A stretch of 64,000 bases of DNA, from positions 1,280,001-1,344,000 of the forward strand of contig CBDCWC010000003.1 of the NCBI GenBank assembly GCA_965223295.1, in the 5' to 3' direction. Position 1 is the first letter of the stretch. The number at the start of each line of letters is the position of its first letter. This stretch comes from Nitrospirales bacterium. Lineage in GTDB: Bacteria > Nitrospirota > Nitrospiria > Nitrospirales > UBA8639. Positions 10,577-21,728 of this stretch are shown one piece after another. A model generated the notes under the pieces. It worked only from the letters and a program-made list of their open reading frames with translations, did no database searches and was not told the DNA's origin. Made by a program: the position numbers and the translations under genes.

Positions 10577-11704
10577 ATGTTGCCAATAGTGAAGGACCAT
10601 GTGAATCGTCGTGGCTTGGACACATTTGATTGGTGTTTTCTGGGGATTATTGCCGCCATCGTTTCAATCGGCATTCTCTCTATCTATAGTGTGACCAATT
10701 CAGGCACATCCACAAAGTTCCCCATCTATCTTAAACAAATTACCTGGATGGTCGTAGGAATTTTAGCCTTCCTAGTCGCGGCTGGAGTGGACTACCGCAA
10801 GTTCGCGAGGATTTCGTATCTGTTGTATGGGATAGGACTGGTTTTGCTCATTATCGTGTTAGTAAGTGGAAAAACGAGCCGGGGTTCTCAGCGGTGGATT
10901 CCGCTTGGGCCATTCATGGTGCAGCCATCAGAATTTATCAAAATTCCCTTGATGCTCACGTTGGCGTCTTACTATGGCGCGGCTAGCCGTGAGGGGTGGC
11001 TTCGGCGTTTGATCATTCCTGCCTTGATCGTCCTGCCGGGATTTTTACTGATTCTCAAACAGCCAGACTTGGGAAGTAGCTTGGGATTCCTTGCAATTTT
11101 CCTGGTGATCGTCCTGACAGTAGGTATGAAGTCCAAGGCGTTTGGGTTCATTGTCTTGGCTGCACTGATGTTATTCCCATTTGTCTGGGGAGGCGTCTGG
11201 GGATCTCTGCATGGATATCAACAGGATCGAATCCTGAGTTTCGTGGACCCCAGTTCAGATCCTGGTGGGAAGGGTTATCACGGATTACAATCACGTATTG
11301 CTATTGGGTCCGGACAATTATTGGGAAAGGGGTTACACGGAGGAACCCAAACTCAATTTAAGTTTCTTCCAGAAGGCCATACCGACTTTGTGTTTGCAGT
11401 CTTCGCCGAAGAATGGGGATTTCTCGGTTCCCTTGTTCTTTTATCATTGTATGTCATTGTCTTTCTCATGGGACTGGAAATTGCTTTTACCGCCAAAGAT
11501 ATTACGGGGTCTCTCTTGGCTGTCGGCGTTGTCGCCATGTTGGGATTTGGCGTCATCGTCAATATAGCCATGACCTCCGGCCTTGCACCTGTTGTCGGCA
11601 TTCCTCTCCCGCTGATGAGTTATGGAGGAAGCGCCATGGTCGTAAATCTCACAGCACTTGGTCTCTTGCTCAATGTGAAGCGAAGACGGCTCTCTCTGTT
11701 GTAG
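10577..11704 (+). CDS. rodA: Rod shape-determining protein RodA (SEDS)
   Basis: QPSEF, QPDLG, LPEGHTDF and PLMSYGGS motifs. Confidence 0.95.
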   Translation: MLPIVKDHVNRRGLDTFDWCFLGIIAAIVSIGILSIYSVTNSGTSTKFPIYLKQITWMVVGILAFLVAAGVDYRKFARISYLLYGIGLVLLIIVLVSGKTSRGSQRWIPLGPFMVQPSEFIKIPLMLTLASYYGAASREGWLRRLIIPALIVLPGFLLILKQPDLGSSLGFLAIFLVIVLTVGMKSKAFGFIVLAALMLFPFVWGGVWGSLHGYQQDRILSFVDPSSDPGGKGYHGLQSRIAIGSGQLLGKGLHGGTQTQFKFLPEGHTDFVFAVFAEEWGFLGSLVLLSLYVIVFLMGLEIAFTAKDITGSLLAVGVVAMLGFGVIVNIAMTSGLAPVVGIPLPLMSYGGSAMVVNLTALGLLLNVKRRRLSLL

Positions 11705-12077
11705 CAATCTTTCACAATTAATATGCATAGAAGGTTTGTGTAGGGACGAGATAGTGGTAGGCTAAAGAAATCTGGGCATGTGGGATGCGACCCTGGAAAG
11801 CAGATGCAATCTCGGATAAAGAACGATATTTTGGGGACCTTTCAATACATTTTGGTAAAAGATTATTCATTATTGCGATAAGGAACACGTCTCAGAAGAA
11901 AGAACCGGTCCATCCTAGGAAATATATGGGCACCAGCAGTAGCTTCGCTAAGACTTGAGTCCACTCTCAAGAGCCAATAGAAAGCCTTATTCCCGTATCT
12001 TGCTATTCTGCTGGATTTCCACTTTTCCAAATTTTAAGCTTGGCCTGTCCCTTTTTTGTGGGCGTAAGGAGACAATT

Positions 12078-13634
12078 ATGGGAGCTGAAATTGCTATTAG
12101 TGTTGCCCGGGAGGAAACGCGAGTCGCAGTTCTAGAAAATCGAGTGGTTACGGAATTATTTGTCGACCGGCCTCGAAAAAAGGATTTTGTTGGAGATATT
12201 TATAAAGGCAAAGTGATTAAAGTTCTACCCGGCATGCAAGCTGCCTTTGTGAACATTGGGCTAGATCGTGCTGCCTTTATTCATGTGTCCGATCTCTCCG
12301 TGGACACGGAACCCGGCGATACTCTCGTGGATAGCGAAGATGATGAACCCAGTTCCGACATGCCTCGGCCACGGCGTCAAACCGCTCGTCCTATCGAAAG
12401 TTTATTGGCCGAGGGGCAAGAACTTCTTGTGCAAATCTCCAAAGGCCCTATTGGAACCAAAGGCCCTCGTATTACGACGTATATTTCACTGCCTGGACGT
12501 TTTTTAGTGCTGATGCCCAATGTCGATCATGTTGGGGTTTCCCGGCGGATTACCCATGAGGAGGAGCGTCACCGGTTAAAAGATCTGATGCGCCGTATCA
12601 GAAAACCTGAGTATGGGTATATCGTTCGAACGGTCTGTGAAGGAGTACCCGAAGAAGATTTAGTGTCCGATACCAAATTTCTAACAGCCTTGTGGGAGGA
12701 CATATTAAAAGCGGCCAAACGTCAATCGGCACCCTCTCTCCTCCATACCGATTTGTCTCTTCCACTTCGAGTGGTCCGCGACCTCTTCACAAAAAAAGTT
12801 GATCGATTATTGATTGATACGAAATCAGGCTATGAAGAAGTGAAAGATTTTGTGCGTCGATATCTTCCTGAACAAGCCTCTCGTGTCCACTTTTATGACA
12901 AGAAACAAGAAAGTTTGTTTGATCATTTAGGCATCGAGCTGGAAATTACTCGAGCGCTAAGTCGGAAAGTGTGGCTCAAATCGGGAGGGCACATCGTCAT
13001 TGATCCCACAGAAGCCATGACCGTGATTGACGTCAACACTGGGCGGTTTGTCGGAAAACGGGATCAAGAGGAGACGATTCTCAAAAACAACTTGGAGGCT
13101 GCCAAAGAGATCGCTTATCAGGTGAAATTGCGTGGAATAGGCGGAATCATTGTCATTGATTTCATCGATATGGAACGGGAACGGAATCGTGAGAAAGTGT
13201 ATCAGGCGACGGTGGAAGCTATGGCCAATGATAAGGCCCAAACACGCATCTCCCGGATCTCTGACCTGGGGCTCATTGAAATTTCCCGGGAACGTGTCCG
13301 AGAAGATCTTCTTCGCACATTATCGGAAATTTGTAATGACTGTGAGGGCCGGGGCTACACGAAGTCGACCATGACGATGGCGTATGAAATTTTTCGAGAC
13401 ATTCGACGTATTGGCAATAGCAAAGGAGGACAGGGACAACGCATTGTGGTTGGTGCGAACCCCAAAGTTGTTGAATTGCTTTTTGATTCAGAACATGGAA
13501 GCATCGAGCAATTAGAGCATGAGTTCCAACAGCAAGTGCTGTTCAAGGCAGACCCTCTCTTGCAGCTTGAACAGTATGACATTGTGGTCGTTGGAAAAGT
13601 GCCGCAACGGGCAGAGTCCAAAGCATCCTCCTAG
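12078..13634 (+). CDS. rng: Ribonuclease E/G family (RNase G-like)
   Basis: S1 domain (GDIYKGKV..VLPGMQAAFV), IDVNTG and DFIDM motifs; start set at ATG 12078 behind AAGGAG. Confidence 0.93.
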   Translation: MGAEIAISVAREETRVAVLENRVVTELFVDRPRKKDFVGDIYKGKVIKVLPGMQAAFVNIGLDRAAFIHVSDLSVDTEPGDTLVDSEDDEPSSDMPRPRRQTARPIESLLAEGQELLVQISKGPIGTKGPRITTYISLPGRFLVLMPNVDHVGVSRRITHEEERHRLKDLMRRIRKPEYGYIVRTVCEGVPEEDLVSDTKFLTALWEDILKAAKRQSAPSLLHTDLSLPLRVVRDLFTKKVDRLLIDTKSGYEEVKDFVRRYLPEQASRVHFYDKKQESLFDHLGIELEITRALSRKVWLKSGGHIVIDPTEAMTVIDVNTGRFVGKRDQEETILKNNLEAAKEIAYQVKLRGIGGIIVIDFIDMERERNREKVYQATVEAMANDKAQTRISRISDLGLIEISRERVREDLLRTLSEICNDCEGRGYTKSTMTMAYEIFRDIRRIGNSKGGQGQRIVVGANPKVVELLFDSEHGSIEQLEHEFQQQVLFKADPLLQLEQYDIVVVGKVPQRAESKASS

Positions 13635-13643
13635 AAAGAACTG

Positions 13644-14786
13644 ATGGGCACGGCCTCGGACTTCCGGTCATGGTTAGAACTGCGGGCGGTGAAAGGACTT
13701 GGCTCCATAACCTACACCCGTCTCATCAACCGTTTTGGTTCTCCCGAAGCCATCAGAGGCGCCAATCTTTCGGCTCTCGTCTCGACTGGAGATCTTTCTC
13801 CCTCGCTTGCAACTTCTCTTCAACGACCCCTTTCAGGCCAAACCCAAAAACAGATTCAACGGGAAATTGATGCTGTTGAAGCTGGAAAGTTCTCGATCCT
13901 GACACTGACTGACCCTCGCTATCCTGCTCGACTCAAAACCATAGCCGATCCGCCTCCGGTCTTGTATTACACTGGCGATTTGCAAGAATGTGACCAACAG
14001 GCTCTTGCTATTGTAGGAGCACGGAAGGGTTCGCATGCAGGCCGAGCCTTTACGCGACAACTCAGTGGAGACTTGGCGGCCCTAGGTTTCACGATCGTCA
14101 GCGGTTTGGCCCGAGGGATTGATGCTGAAGCCCATGAAGGGGCTCTTGCCGTGGCAGGGAGGACATGGGCAGTCCTGGGGTGTGGAATTGACCGGACCTA
14201 TCCTTCTGAGCACAACAAGCTTCGACGACAAATCGAACAGCAGGGCACTGTGATTTCAGAATTTTCCATGGGCACATCCCCGCAGTCCTATCACTTCCCT
14301 CAACGTAATCGCGTCATTAGTGGGCTGTCCCTTGGAGTCATTGTCGCCGAAGCATCATTGAAAAGCGGGTCCCTCATTACCGCAAGAATGGCTGTCGAAC
14401 AAAATCGCGAAGTCTTTGCTGTTCCGGGGAACGTCACACATCCTCTGAGTCAAGGCCCTCATCGTCTCATCAAACAAGGAGCAAAACTGGTGGAAACATC
14501 TTGGGATATTGTGGAAGAAATTCTCCCTATGTTAGAACCGTCTTTCCGTGATCAACTTGGACGACAGCAAAATATAGTTGAATCCCAGACTGCCTCTCTC
14601 ACGATCGGGTCTGATGAGCAAGCGATCTTCAACCGAATTTCCTTGGAACCGGTTCCGCTTGACGAATTAATCGCTCAAGGTTCATATTCTTCATCCGAGG
14701 TGATGAGTATTCTCTTGTCATTAGAGATGAAAGGACTTATAAAACAAATACCGGGTCTTCAATACGTCCGAGCAACTATCCGATAA
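13644..14786 (+). CDS. dprA: DNA-processing protein DprA
   Basis: IVSGLARGID, FPQRNRVISGLS and SGSLITA motifs; C-terminal wHTH. Confidence 0.95.
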   Translation: MGTASDFRSWLELRAVKGLGSITYTRLINRFGSPEAIRGANLSALVSTGDLSPSLATSLQRPLSGQTQKQIQREIDAVEAGKFSILTLTDPRYPARLKTIADPPPVLYYTGDLQECDQQALAIVGARKGSHAGRAFTRQLSGDLAALGFTIVSGLARGIDAEAHEGALAVAGRTWAVLGCGIDRTYPSEHNKLRRQIEQQGTVISEFSMGTSPQSYHFPQRNRVISGLSLGVIVAEASLKSGSLITARMAVEQNREVFAVPGNVTHPLSQGPHRLIKQGAKLVETSWDIVEEILPMLEPSFRDQLGRQQNIVESQTASLTIGSDEQAIFNRISLEPVPLDELIAQGSYSSSEVMSILLSLEMKGLIKQIPGLQYVRATIR

Positions 14787-14911
14787 GAATCAAGAACCAA
14801 TTTATAACGGTGCCGTTTTTACCCTGATCTTGTATTAAATCCTGCACGCGTGAACGTCAGATTCCCTTACATCAAAAAGGCCAAAGGAGTCTTGCCCGAT
14901 AGGGGTTGCTC

Positions 14912-17527
14912 ATGAGCAAATCGCTGATCATAGCCGAGAAACCCTCTGTTGCGGCCGATATCGCACGTTCGCTTGGCGGACTCAAACGCGAGAAGGACTA
15001 TTTTGAAGACGACGACTATGTTGTGACATCGGCTGTGGGCCATTTACTTGAAATTAAAGCGCCCGACGGTGTCGAGGTCAAACGTGGTAAGTGGTCTTTC
15101 AACAACTTGCCGGTCATTCCCGATCACTTTGACCTGAACCCGATTGCCCGAACAGAAGACCGGCTCAAGTTACTCGCTAAGCTGATCCGCCGCAAAGATA
15201 TCGACCGAATTATCAACGCCTGTGATGCCGGACGCGAAGGCGAGCTGATCTTCCGCCTGATTATCCAACACACGAAGGCCAAGCAACCGAAAAGCCGGCT
15301 TTGGCTGCAGTCCATGACACCCAAGGCCATTCGCGATGCCTTTGAAAGTCTGCGAGACGATGAACAGATGCAGCCGCTCGCCGATGCGGCTCGCTGCCGA
15401 TCAGAAGCAGACTGGTTGGTTGGCATTAACGGCACTCGCGCGATGACGGCGTTCAACTCTCAAGATGGGGGTTTTTATCTCACCACCGTTGGCCGGGTTC
15501 AAACACCCACCCTGACCATCGTCGTTGAGCGCGAGGAGCAGATTAAGCGATTTGTCTCGCGGCCCTACTTTGAAGTACATGCCCAATTTGATGTTCAGGC
15601 AGGACAGTATTCAGGTCGCTGGTTTGATACTGACTTCAAAAAGAATGATGAAGATACGGAACGGCGTGCCGAGAGACTTTGGGAACGCAAACAGGCGGAA
15701 GCGATCATGCGGGCATGCCAGAGTCAGCAGGCAGTGGTCACTGAAGAAACGAAGCCGACGACGCAAAGCGCACCGATGTTATTTGATCTGACCAGTCTGC
15801 AACGTGAAGGTAACGCCCGGTTTGGATTTTCCGCAAAAGCTACGTTGTCCTTGGCGCAAGCGCTCTATGAACGTCACAAGGTATTGACGTATCCAAGAAC
15901 AGATTCGCGCGCGCTGCCGGAAGACTATCTCTCTACCGTGCGAGATACGCTGGGCATTCTGCGTGATGAATCAAGTGAGAATGTGTTAGCTATCACTGGC
16001 GGCGACAATCCCATCGGGCCTCATGCGGAAAAAATTCTGAGCAATGACTGGGTCAAACCGAATAAGCGTATTTTTAATGACGCGAAAATTTCCGATCACT
16101 TTGCCATTATTCCTACCTTGCAGGCACCCAAGAATCTCAGCGAAGCCGAAGCCAAGATATACGACTTGGTCGTGCGTCGATTCATGGCGGTATTTTCCCC
16201 ACCTGCGGAGTTTCGAAATACCACCCGTATTTCCCAGATTGACAGGCACCATTTCAAGACAGAAGGCAAGGTGATGGTTAAACCGGGTTGGTTGGCAATT
16301 TACGGCCGTGAAGCCATTGCCGGTGAAGGCACGCTCGTCGCTGTTGGTAAGAATGAAAAAGCCGCAGTCGGCGATATTGAAGTTCGCGACCTAGCAACCA
16401 GGCCACCGGCCAGATATACCGAAGCCACATTGCTTTCTGCGATGGAGGGAGCCGGTAAGCTGATTGATGATGAAGATTTGCGCGAAGCCATGTCTGGCAA
16501 AGGTCTGGGCACACCTGCAACCCGTGCAGCGATCATCGAAGGCTTGATTAGCGAAAATTATCTCTTGCGCAATGAGAAGTCATTGATTCCCACCACCAAG
16601 GCCTTTCAATTGTTGACCTTATTGCGCGGGTTGGGAGTGACCGAACTTACGATGCCTGAATTAACCGGCGAGTGGGAAAGCAAGCTGTCGCAGATAGAAC
16701 GTGGGCAATTGGGTCGCGAAGCGTTCATGCAGGAAATTCGGAAAATCGTTGAACAAATTGTTGCGAGAGCTAAAAATTACGGCGCAACAACCATTCCAGG
16801 CGATTACGCAACGTTGCAGTCACCTTGCCCCAAATGTGGTGGTCTGGTCAAAGAAAACTACAAACGGTTTGCTTGTACGCAGTGCGATTTTTCAATTACA
16901 AAAATTCCAGGCAGTCGTCAATTGGAAGTCCTGGAGGCAGAGACTCTGATTTCTGAACGCACGATTGGTCCGTTGCAAGGATTTCGCAGTCGCCTTGGAC
17001 GACCGTTTGCGGCAATCCTCAAACTGACTGATGAACACAAGCTGGAATTTGACTTTGGCCAAAATGATGACGATGAAAATAGTGAACCAGTTGACTTTTC
17101 AGGCCATGAATCCCTGGGCAGTTGTCCGAAATGTCAGGCATCAGTGTATGAACATGGAATGAACTATACTTGTGAAAAGGCGGTCGGTCCGAACAAGACC
17201 TGCGACTTTCGAACGGGCAAAGTCATCCTGCAACAGGAAATCGAGTCGAATCAGATCAGAAAATTGTTGAGCGAAGGCAGAACCGAATTGCTGACCGGCT
17301 TTGTGTCATCACGAACCCGTCGCAAGTTCAAGGCGTATCTGAAACGCGGGGATGACGGAAAAGTCGGCTTCGAATTTGAAGCCCGTAAGCCCAAGGCCGG
17401 TGGAGACCCAGCGGCGATCAGCAAAAAAGTGCCTGCGAAGAAGGCCGAGACCAAGAAATCAGCGGCGAAAAAGTCGGTTGCGAAGAAATCTGCTCGTAAG
17501 GCCAAAAAGCTCAAATCCCGCTCTTGA
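14912..17527 (+). CDS. topB: DNA topoisomerase III (type IA) with Zn-ribbon-like C-terminal repeats and a Lys/Ala-rich tail
   Basis: AEKPSVA, NACDAGREGELIF, GRVQTPTL and TYPRTD (catalytic Tyr) motifs; the AEKP start is TopB-type, whereas TopA has VESP. Confidence 0.9.
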   Translation: MSKSLIIAEKPSVAADIARSLGGLKREKDYFEDDDYVVTSAVGHLLEIKAPDGVEVKRGKWSFNNLPVIPDHFDLNPIARTEDRLKLLAKLIRRKDIDRIINACDAGREGELIFRLIIQHTKAKQPKSRLWLQSMTPKAIRDAFESLRDDEQMQPLADAARCRSEADWLVGINGTRAMTAFNSQDGGFYLTTVGRVQTPTLTIVVEREEQIKRFVSRPYFEVHAQFDVQAGQYSGRWFDTDFKKNDEDTERRAERLWERKQAEAIMRACQSQQAVVTEETKPTTQSAPMLFDLTSLQREGNARFGFSAKATLSLAQALYERHKVLTYPRTDSRALPEDYLSTVRDTLGILRDESSENVLAITGGDNPIGPHAEKILSNDWVKPNKRIFNDAKISDHFAIIPTLQAPKNLSEAEAKIYDLVVRRFMAVFSPPAEFRNTTRISQIDRHHFKTEGKVMVKPGWLAIYGREAIAGEGTLVAVGKNEKAAVGDIEVRDLATRPPARYTEATLLSAMEGAGKLIDDEDLREAMSGKGLGTPATRAAIIEGLISENYLLRNEKSLIPTTKAFQLLTLLRGLGVTELTMPELTGEWESKLSQIERGQLGREAFMQEIRKIVEQIVARAKNYGATTIPGDYATLQSPCPKCGGLVKENYKRFACTQCDFSITKIPGSRQLEVLEAETLISERTIGPLQGFRSRLGRPFAAILKLTDEHKLEFDFGQNDDDENSEPVDFSGHESLGSCPKCQASVYEHGMNYTCEKAVGPNKTCDFRTGKVILQQEIESNQIRKLLSEGRTELLTGFVSSRTRRKFKAYLKRGDDGKVGFEFEARKPKAGGDPAAISKKVPAKKAETKKSAAKKSVAKKSARKAKKLKSRS

Positions 17528-17546
17528 AATACCGGGAAACAAAAAA

Positions 17547-17668
17547 GGGTCTGTTCAAAAAAGTCCGTTCAACAAGGCCGCAGCCATTTTTGCGCGCGGA
17601 GCGTACTGGTATTATGTGAGTATGGGAAAATGGCGAGAACGCCGCTGGCGGCTTTTTTCAACAGACCC
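17547..17668 (+). mobile_element. MITE family A, core-only copy (122 bp)
   Basis: GGGTCTGTTCAAAAAAG...CTTTTTTCAACAGACCC inverted ends; between convergent topB and clpX. Confidence 0.85.
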
Positions 17669-17774
17669 TTAGTCGCCGTTTTTAATTGAGAAATACCGAA
17701 GGCACTCGGGAATCGAGGGGTCGGTCACGACAAAGAATCCGAGGATCAAGAGGCGGAAGCAGAGATGGAAAAGG

Positions 17775-19034
17775 TTACGAGCCAATCGCGGGCTTCACGC
17801 CCTTTTGATGCTCAAAAACTTTAATGGGCTCGCCTTTCCTATGGATAACTTCTTCAGTCACCAACACTTCTTTGACATCGGGTTGTGAGGGAATATCATA
17901 CATCACATCGAGCATGATTGATTCTAAGATTGCACGCAGACCTCTTGCCCCTGTTTTTTGCTCATAGGCCTTTCGTGCAATCCCTTGTAATGCCCCTTCG
18001 GTAAACTTCAACTTCACTTCGTCAAAGGCCATCAATTTTTGATATTGTTTAATTAAGGCATTTTTCGGTTCTGTTAAGATTCGAACCAAGGCTGACTCAT
18101 CAAGTTCATCCAGCGTGGCTAATACAGGCAACCGGCCAATGAATTCAGGGATGAGACCATATTGCAAAAGATCTTCGGGTTCAACATGCGAAAATAGATC
18201 GCCGATTTGATTTTTGCCACGCCCCTGCACGTTGGCCCCAAACCCCATGCGTTTTTGGTTCAGACGGCGTTCAATAATCGCATCAAGCCCCACAAATGCT
18301 CCTCCACACACAAACAACACATTGGTGGTATTCACTTGAATAAACTCTTGATGTGGATGTTTCCGTCCTCCTTGGGGCGGCACATTAGCCACGGTCCCTT
18401 CGATTAATTTTAAGAGGGCCTGCTGAACGCCTTCACCCGACACATCGCGCGTAATTGATGGGCCATCGGCCTTTCGCGTAATTTTATCGATTTCATCAAT
18501 ATAAACGATGCCTCGTTCTGCACGTTCCACATCATAGTCTGAAGCCTGCAGCAGCTTTAAGATGATATTTTCGACATCTTCTCCCACGTATCCTGCTTCA
18601 GTCAGCGTCGTCGCATCTGCGATGGTAAACGGCACGTCCAAATATTGGGCCAGGGTTTGGGCGAACAAGGTCTTTCCAGTCCCTGTCGGACCCACCACCA
18701 AGATGTTCCCCTTTTGCAGTTCGACATCACCAGTTTCATTGGCCGCAATGCGCTTATAGTGGTTGTACACCGCTACCGAAAGGACGCGTTTGGCATGTTC
18801 CTGCCCAATGATATAGTGGTTGAGATGCTGATGGATATCTAGAGGCTTACAGAGCTTGGCTGAAATTTCCTGACGGGATTCTTGCCAATCTTCAGAAATA
18901 ATTTCATTACACAGCCCTACACATTCATCGCAAATGTAGACGGTCGGGCCGGCAATCAACTTTCGAACTTGATCACGATTCTTGCCACAGAAGGAGCAGC
19001 GTAGATTGGCATCAGATTTCGTTTGACGTGCCAT
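17775..19034 (-). CDS. clpX: ATP-dependent Clp protease ATP-binding subunit ClpX
   Basis: CSFCGK zinc-binding domain, [16 protein letters not shown] and RKHP motifs. Confidence 0.98.
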   Translation of the reverse strand: MARQTKSDANLRCSFCGKNRDQVRKLIAGPTVYICDECVGLCNEIISEDWQESRQEISAKLCKPLDIHQHLNHYIIGQEHAKRVLSVAVYNHYKRIAANETGDVELQKGNILVVGPTGTGKTLFAQTLAQYLDVPFTIADATTLTEAGYVGEDVENIILKLLQASDYDVERAERGIVYIDEIDKITRKADGPSITRDVSGEGVQQALLKLIEGTVANVPPQGGRKHPHQEFIQVNTTNVLFVCGGAFVGLDAIIERRLNQKRMGFGANVQGRGKNQIGDLFSHVEPEDLLQYGLIPEFIGRLPVLATLDELDESALVRILTEPKNALIKQYQKLMAFDEVKLKFTEGALQGIARKAYEQKTGARGLRAILESIMLDVMYDIPSQPDVKEVLVTEEVIHRKGEPIKVFEHQKGVKPAIGS

Positions 19035-19054
19035 AAGAGAATCCTCCCTCGCGC

Positions 19055-19684
19055 TTAACCCTTACCCTTAGCCCCTGATTTGGCTTCGTGCTTGTCGCTT
19101 TTTTCCTGACTGCGGATAATCACTTCATCAATCAAGCCATAATCTTTGGCTTCTTCACCCGACATAAAATAATCCCGTTCGGTGTCTTTTGCAATCCTCT
19201 CTAACGGTTGCCCTGTATGATGGGCCATAATGTGATTCAACCGTTCCCGAATTTTCAAAATTTCCCGAGCATGAATATCGATTTCTGTCGCCTGTCCTTG
19301 AAAGCCGCCCAAGGGCTGGTGGATCATGACCCGGGCATTGGGCAGGGCGAATCGCTTGCCGGTCGCCCCCGCAGTCAATAAGAGGGCACCCATACTGGCC
19401 GCTTGTCCCAAGCAAATCGTGCTGATGGGCGATTTGACGTATTGCATCGTGTCATAAATCCCCATCCCCGCCGTTACGCTCCCGCCAGGAGAATTCACAT
19501 AGAGATGAATATCTTTTTCCGGGTCTTCTGCCTCTAAAAACAATAGTTGTGCAATGACGACATTGGCAAACATATCGTCAATTGGTGCCCCAATAAAAAT
19601 AATCCGGTCTTTTAGGAGGCGAGAATAAATATCATAAGACCGTTCCCCACGATTCGTTTGTTCAATGACCATCGGAATGAGCAT
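19055..19684 (-). CDS. clpP: ATP-dependent Clp protease proteolytic subunit
   Basis: [20 protein letters not shown] and MIHQP motifs. Confidence 0.98.
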   Translation of the reverse strand: MLIPMVIEQTNRGERSYDIYSRLLKDRIIFIGAPIDDMFANVVIAQLLFLEAEDPEKDIHLYVNSPGGSVTAGMGIYDTMQYVKSPISTICLGQAASMGALLLTAGATGKRFALPNARVMIHQPLGGFQGQATEIDIHAREILKIRERLNHIMAHHTGQPLERIAKDTERDYFMSGEEAKDYGLIDEVIIRSQEKSDKHEAKSGAKGKG

Positions 19685-19765
19685 TCCTTGGAACCTCCTG
19701 GTTGTAAAAAAATATCGATTGTCGCGTCAGCGAACTATGTCGGTTAATGAGTAAAGGGCGGGCCC

Positions 19766-21091
19766 TCACCCCTGAATCACTGCATTTTGATACACAAACT
19801 GTAAGGCCTTTTCGGATTTCATCCGTTCCCGAAATTCGTCCCGAGCACCTGGTCCACCGGCTTCGATCATGCGTTGAATCTCTTCCGCCGGGAGCTTTAA
19901 CGAGCCGGCAAGCTTTTGGATTTCGGCTTGGACTTCTTCATCAGAAACCTGGATACCTTCTTTTTCAGAAATGGCATCCAATATTAAACTCAGCTTCACG
20001 CGGCGCTTGGCTTCAGGATGTTCCTCCTGTTGTAGCCGTTTGGCTTCCTCCTGGAGGCGAAGTGGCTCCTCTAAGTCATCTTCCCGGTGAGAATGGCGCT
20101 GCTCTTTCATGAGTTTTTGCCGAACCAGTGTTTGCAACTCTCGTTCGATTAAGACTTCAGGAATGTCAAAATGATGCATTTGTAGTAACCGCTCGATGAC
20201 TTGATCTTTATAACCTTCTTCAAGATCCTGCTTCAAAACATTTTCCAACTGTGTGGTGACCGCCGTTTTCAGTTGTTCCAAAGACTCATAGTCCCCGCAG
20301 TCTTTCGCAAACTCATCGTCCAAATCTGGCAATTTTTGTTCTTTGACCGCATCAATCGTCACCTTTAATACCATGGTTTTTCCAGCGAGGTTGGCGTCTG
20401 GGTGATTGGCCGGATAGGGCTGCGGGATTTCAACGGTATCGCCAGCAGACTTGCCGACTAAGTGTGTATCGATTTCCACTCCGAGAATGGGAGTGTTCGA
20501 TCCGATTTGATGAAGATGCCCATTTTTCTGTGAACCTTCCACCGATTGATTGTCCACAAACCCTTCCATGGTAAGGACAGCATAAAGACCATCCTGAAGA
20601 CTCGTCCCTTCTGAAACTGCATCGACCTGTGCTTGTTGTTCGCGTAAGGTTTGCAAAGCTTTATCAATCTGGTCATCGGTGACAGTTCTCGGGTCTTTTT
20701 TTAAGGAAATAGGATTCGGTGGGCGGTAATCCCCTAATTTGATAGACGGTTTAATCTCCACGGTCGCTGTAAACGTAAATGCCGTATCGGGTTCTACTTT
20801 CATACGATCCAATGGTGGAATGTCCACAACCACCGGAACCACGCCTGATTCTTTGACCGCTCGCTGATAATAATCCGGCACTAACCGCTGGACCACGTCT
20901 TGTCCAACCATTTTTCCATAACGTTTTTGTAATAAATCAAGGGGTGCTTTCCCAGGCCGAAACCCGGGAATACGAACTTGCCGTTTGAGCTCGGCATACA
21001 CCTTTTTATACTCGCTTTTCACGACATCTTCCGGAACTTCGATTTTCAATGCCCGTTTCACAGGTCCGAGTTCTGTCATTTCTAATTTCAT
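19766..21091 (-). CDS. tig: Trigger factor
   Basis: IPGFRPGKAP signature; start reassigned to ATG 21091 (MKLEMTELG) because the longer ORF runs through a tRNA. Confidence 0.93.
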   Translation of the reverse strand: MKLEMTELGPVKRALKIEVPEDVVKSEYKKVYAELKRQVRIPGFRPGKAPLDLLQKRYGKMVGQDVVQRLVPDYYQRAVKESGVVPVVVDIPPLDRMKVEPDTAFTFTATVEIKPSIKLGDYRPPNPISLKKDPRTVTDDQIDKALQTLREQQAQVDAVSEGTSLQDGLYAVLTMEGFVDNQSVEGSQKNGHLHQIGSNTPILGVEIDTHLVGKSAGDTVEIPQPYPANHPDANLAGKTMVLKVTIDAVKEQKLPDLDDEFAKDCGDYESLEQLKTAVTTQLENVLKQDLEEGYKDQVIERLLQMHHFDIPEVLIERELQTLVRQKLMKEQRHSHREDDLEEPLRLQEEAKRLQQEEHPEAKRRVKLSLILDAISEKEGIQVSDEEVQAEIQKLAGSLKLPAEEIQRMIEAGGPGARDEFRERMKSEKALQFVYQNAVIQG

Positions 21092-21145
21092 ACGTTGAAC
21101 ATTCCTTGTGTTAAGAAATCCGATTAGGGAAAAAATATATATAAA

Positions 21146-21228
21146 TGGTGCGAGAGGGGGGACTTGAACCCCCACGGTTACCCACAAGATCCTAAGTCTT
21201 GCGCGTCTGCCAGTTCCGCCACTCTCGC
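21146..21228 (-). tRNA. tRNA-Leu (anticodon TAG)
   Basis: GCGAGAG acceptor stem, CAAGA-CTTAGGA-TCTTG anticodon arm, variable arm, GGTTCAAGTCC T-arm, encoded CCA. Confidence 0.97.
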
Positions 21229-21458
21229 GCAGCTCATGCTTAGACAACAAGAGATAACAAACATGTCTTTCTCTCTGTCGGCCTCGGATCCTTCACCAGT
21301 CGACAGTGAGGATCAAACCCCTCCATTATAAAAGGTCTTTCTCTTACAGGCCATCCCCAAAAGAAGGCGAAGAACGAACAGGGGCCGATGGAACACATCT
21401 CACTATGGTGCCAGTACCCCCTTGATAGACCTTCACCATTGGGGTAAGGTAGGAAAAG

Positions 21459-21704
21459 ATGGCACTGAAACAGCTCTATAAAGATATTTACCAGAAATTT
21501 CTGGAAAAGAAAGATACTCATCAAGGATACGACTTCCAGCATTCTCCTGTGGGATCGGCTACACCCCCAGCGCCAACCTTTGTAGAAAAGTTAAAGCCGT
21601 GGACGTGGAACCGCCCGAGCCGGCTTAAGAAGATCAGAAAGGACCGCGATCAGCGCCAACAGGACATCGTGAATTTACATTCCCCGCCCCCTGCAAAACC
21701 ATAA
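21459..21704 (+). CDS. Small basic hypothetical protein
   Basis: 81-aa ORF with AGGA RBS, co-oriented with the next gene. Confidence 0.5.
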   Translation: MALKQLYKDIYQKFLEKKDTHQGYDFQHSPVGSATPPAPTFVEKLKPWTWNRPSRLKKIRKDRDQRQQDIVNLHSPPPAKP

Positions 21705-21728
21705 CAACAGCAGAGCGTTTCCCCCTTC

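Noticed and set aside
11955-12077. TTG-started extension of rng
   Set aside because: A strong AAGGAG RBS precedes ATG 12078, where family homology begins
21092-21250. N-terminal extension of trigger factor in the ORF track (MLSKHELRESGGTGRRARLRI...)
   Set aside because: It is a translation of the tRNA-Leu gene; the true start is ATG 21091
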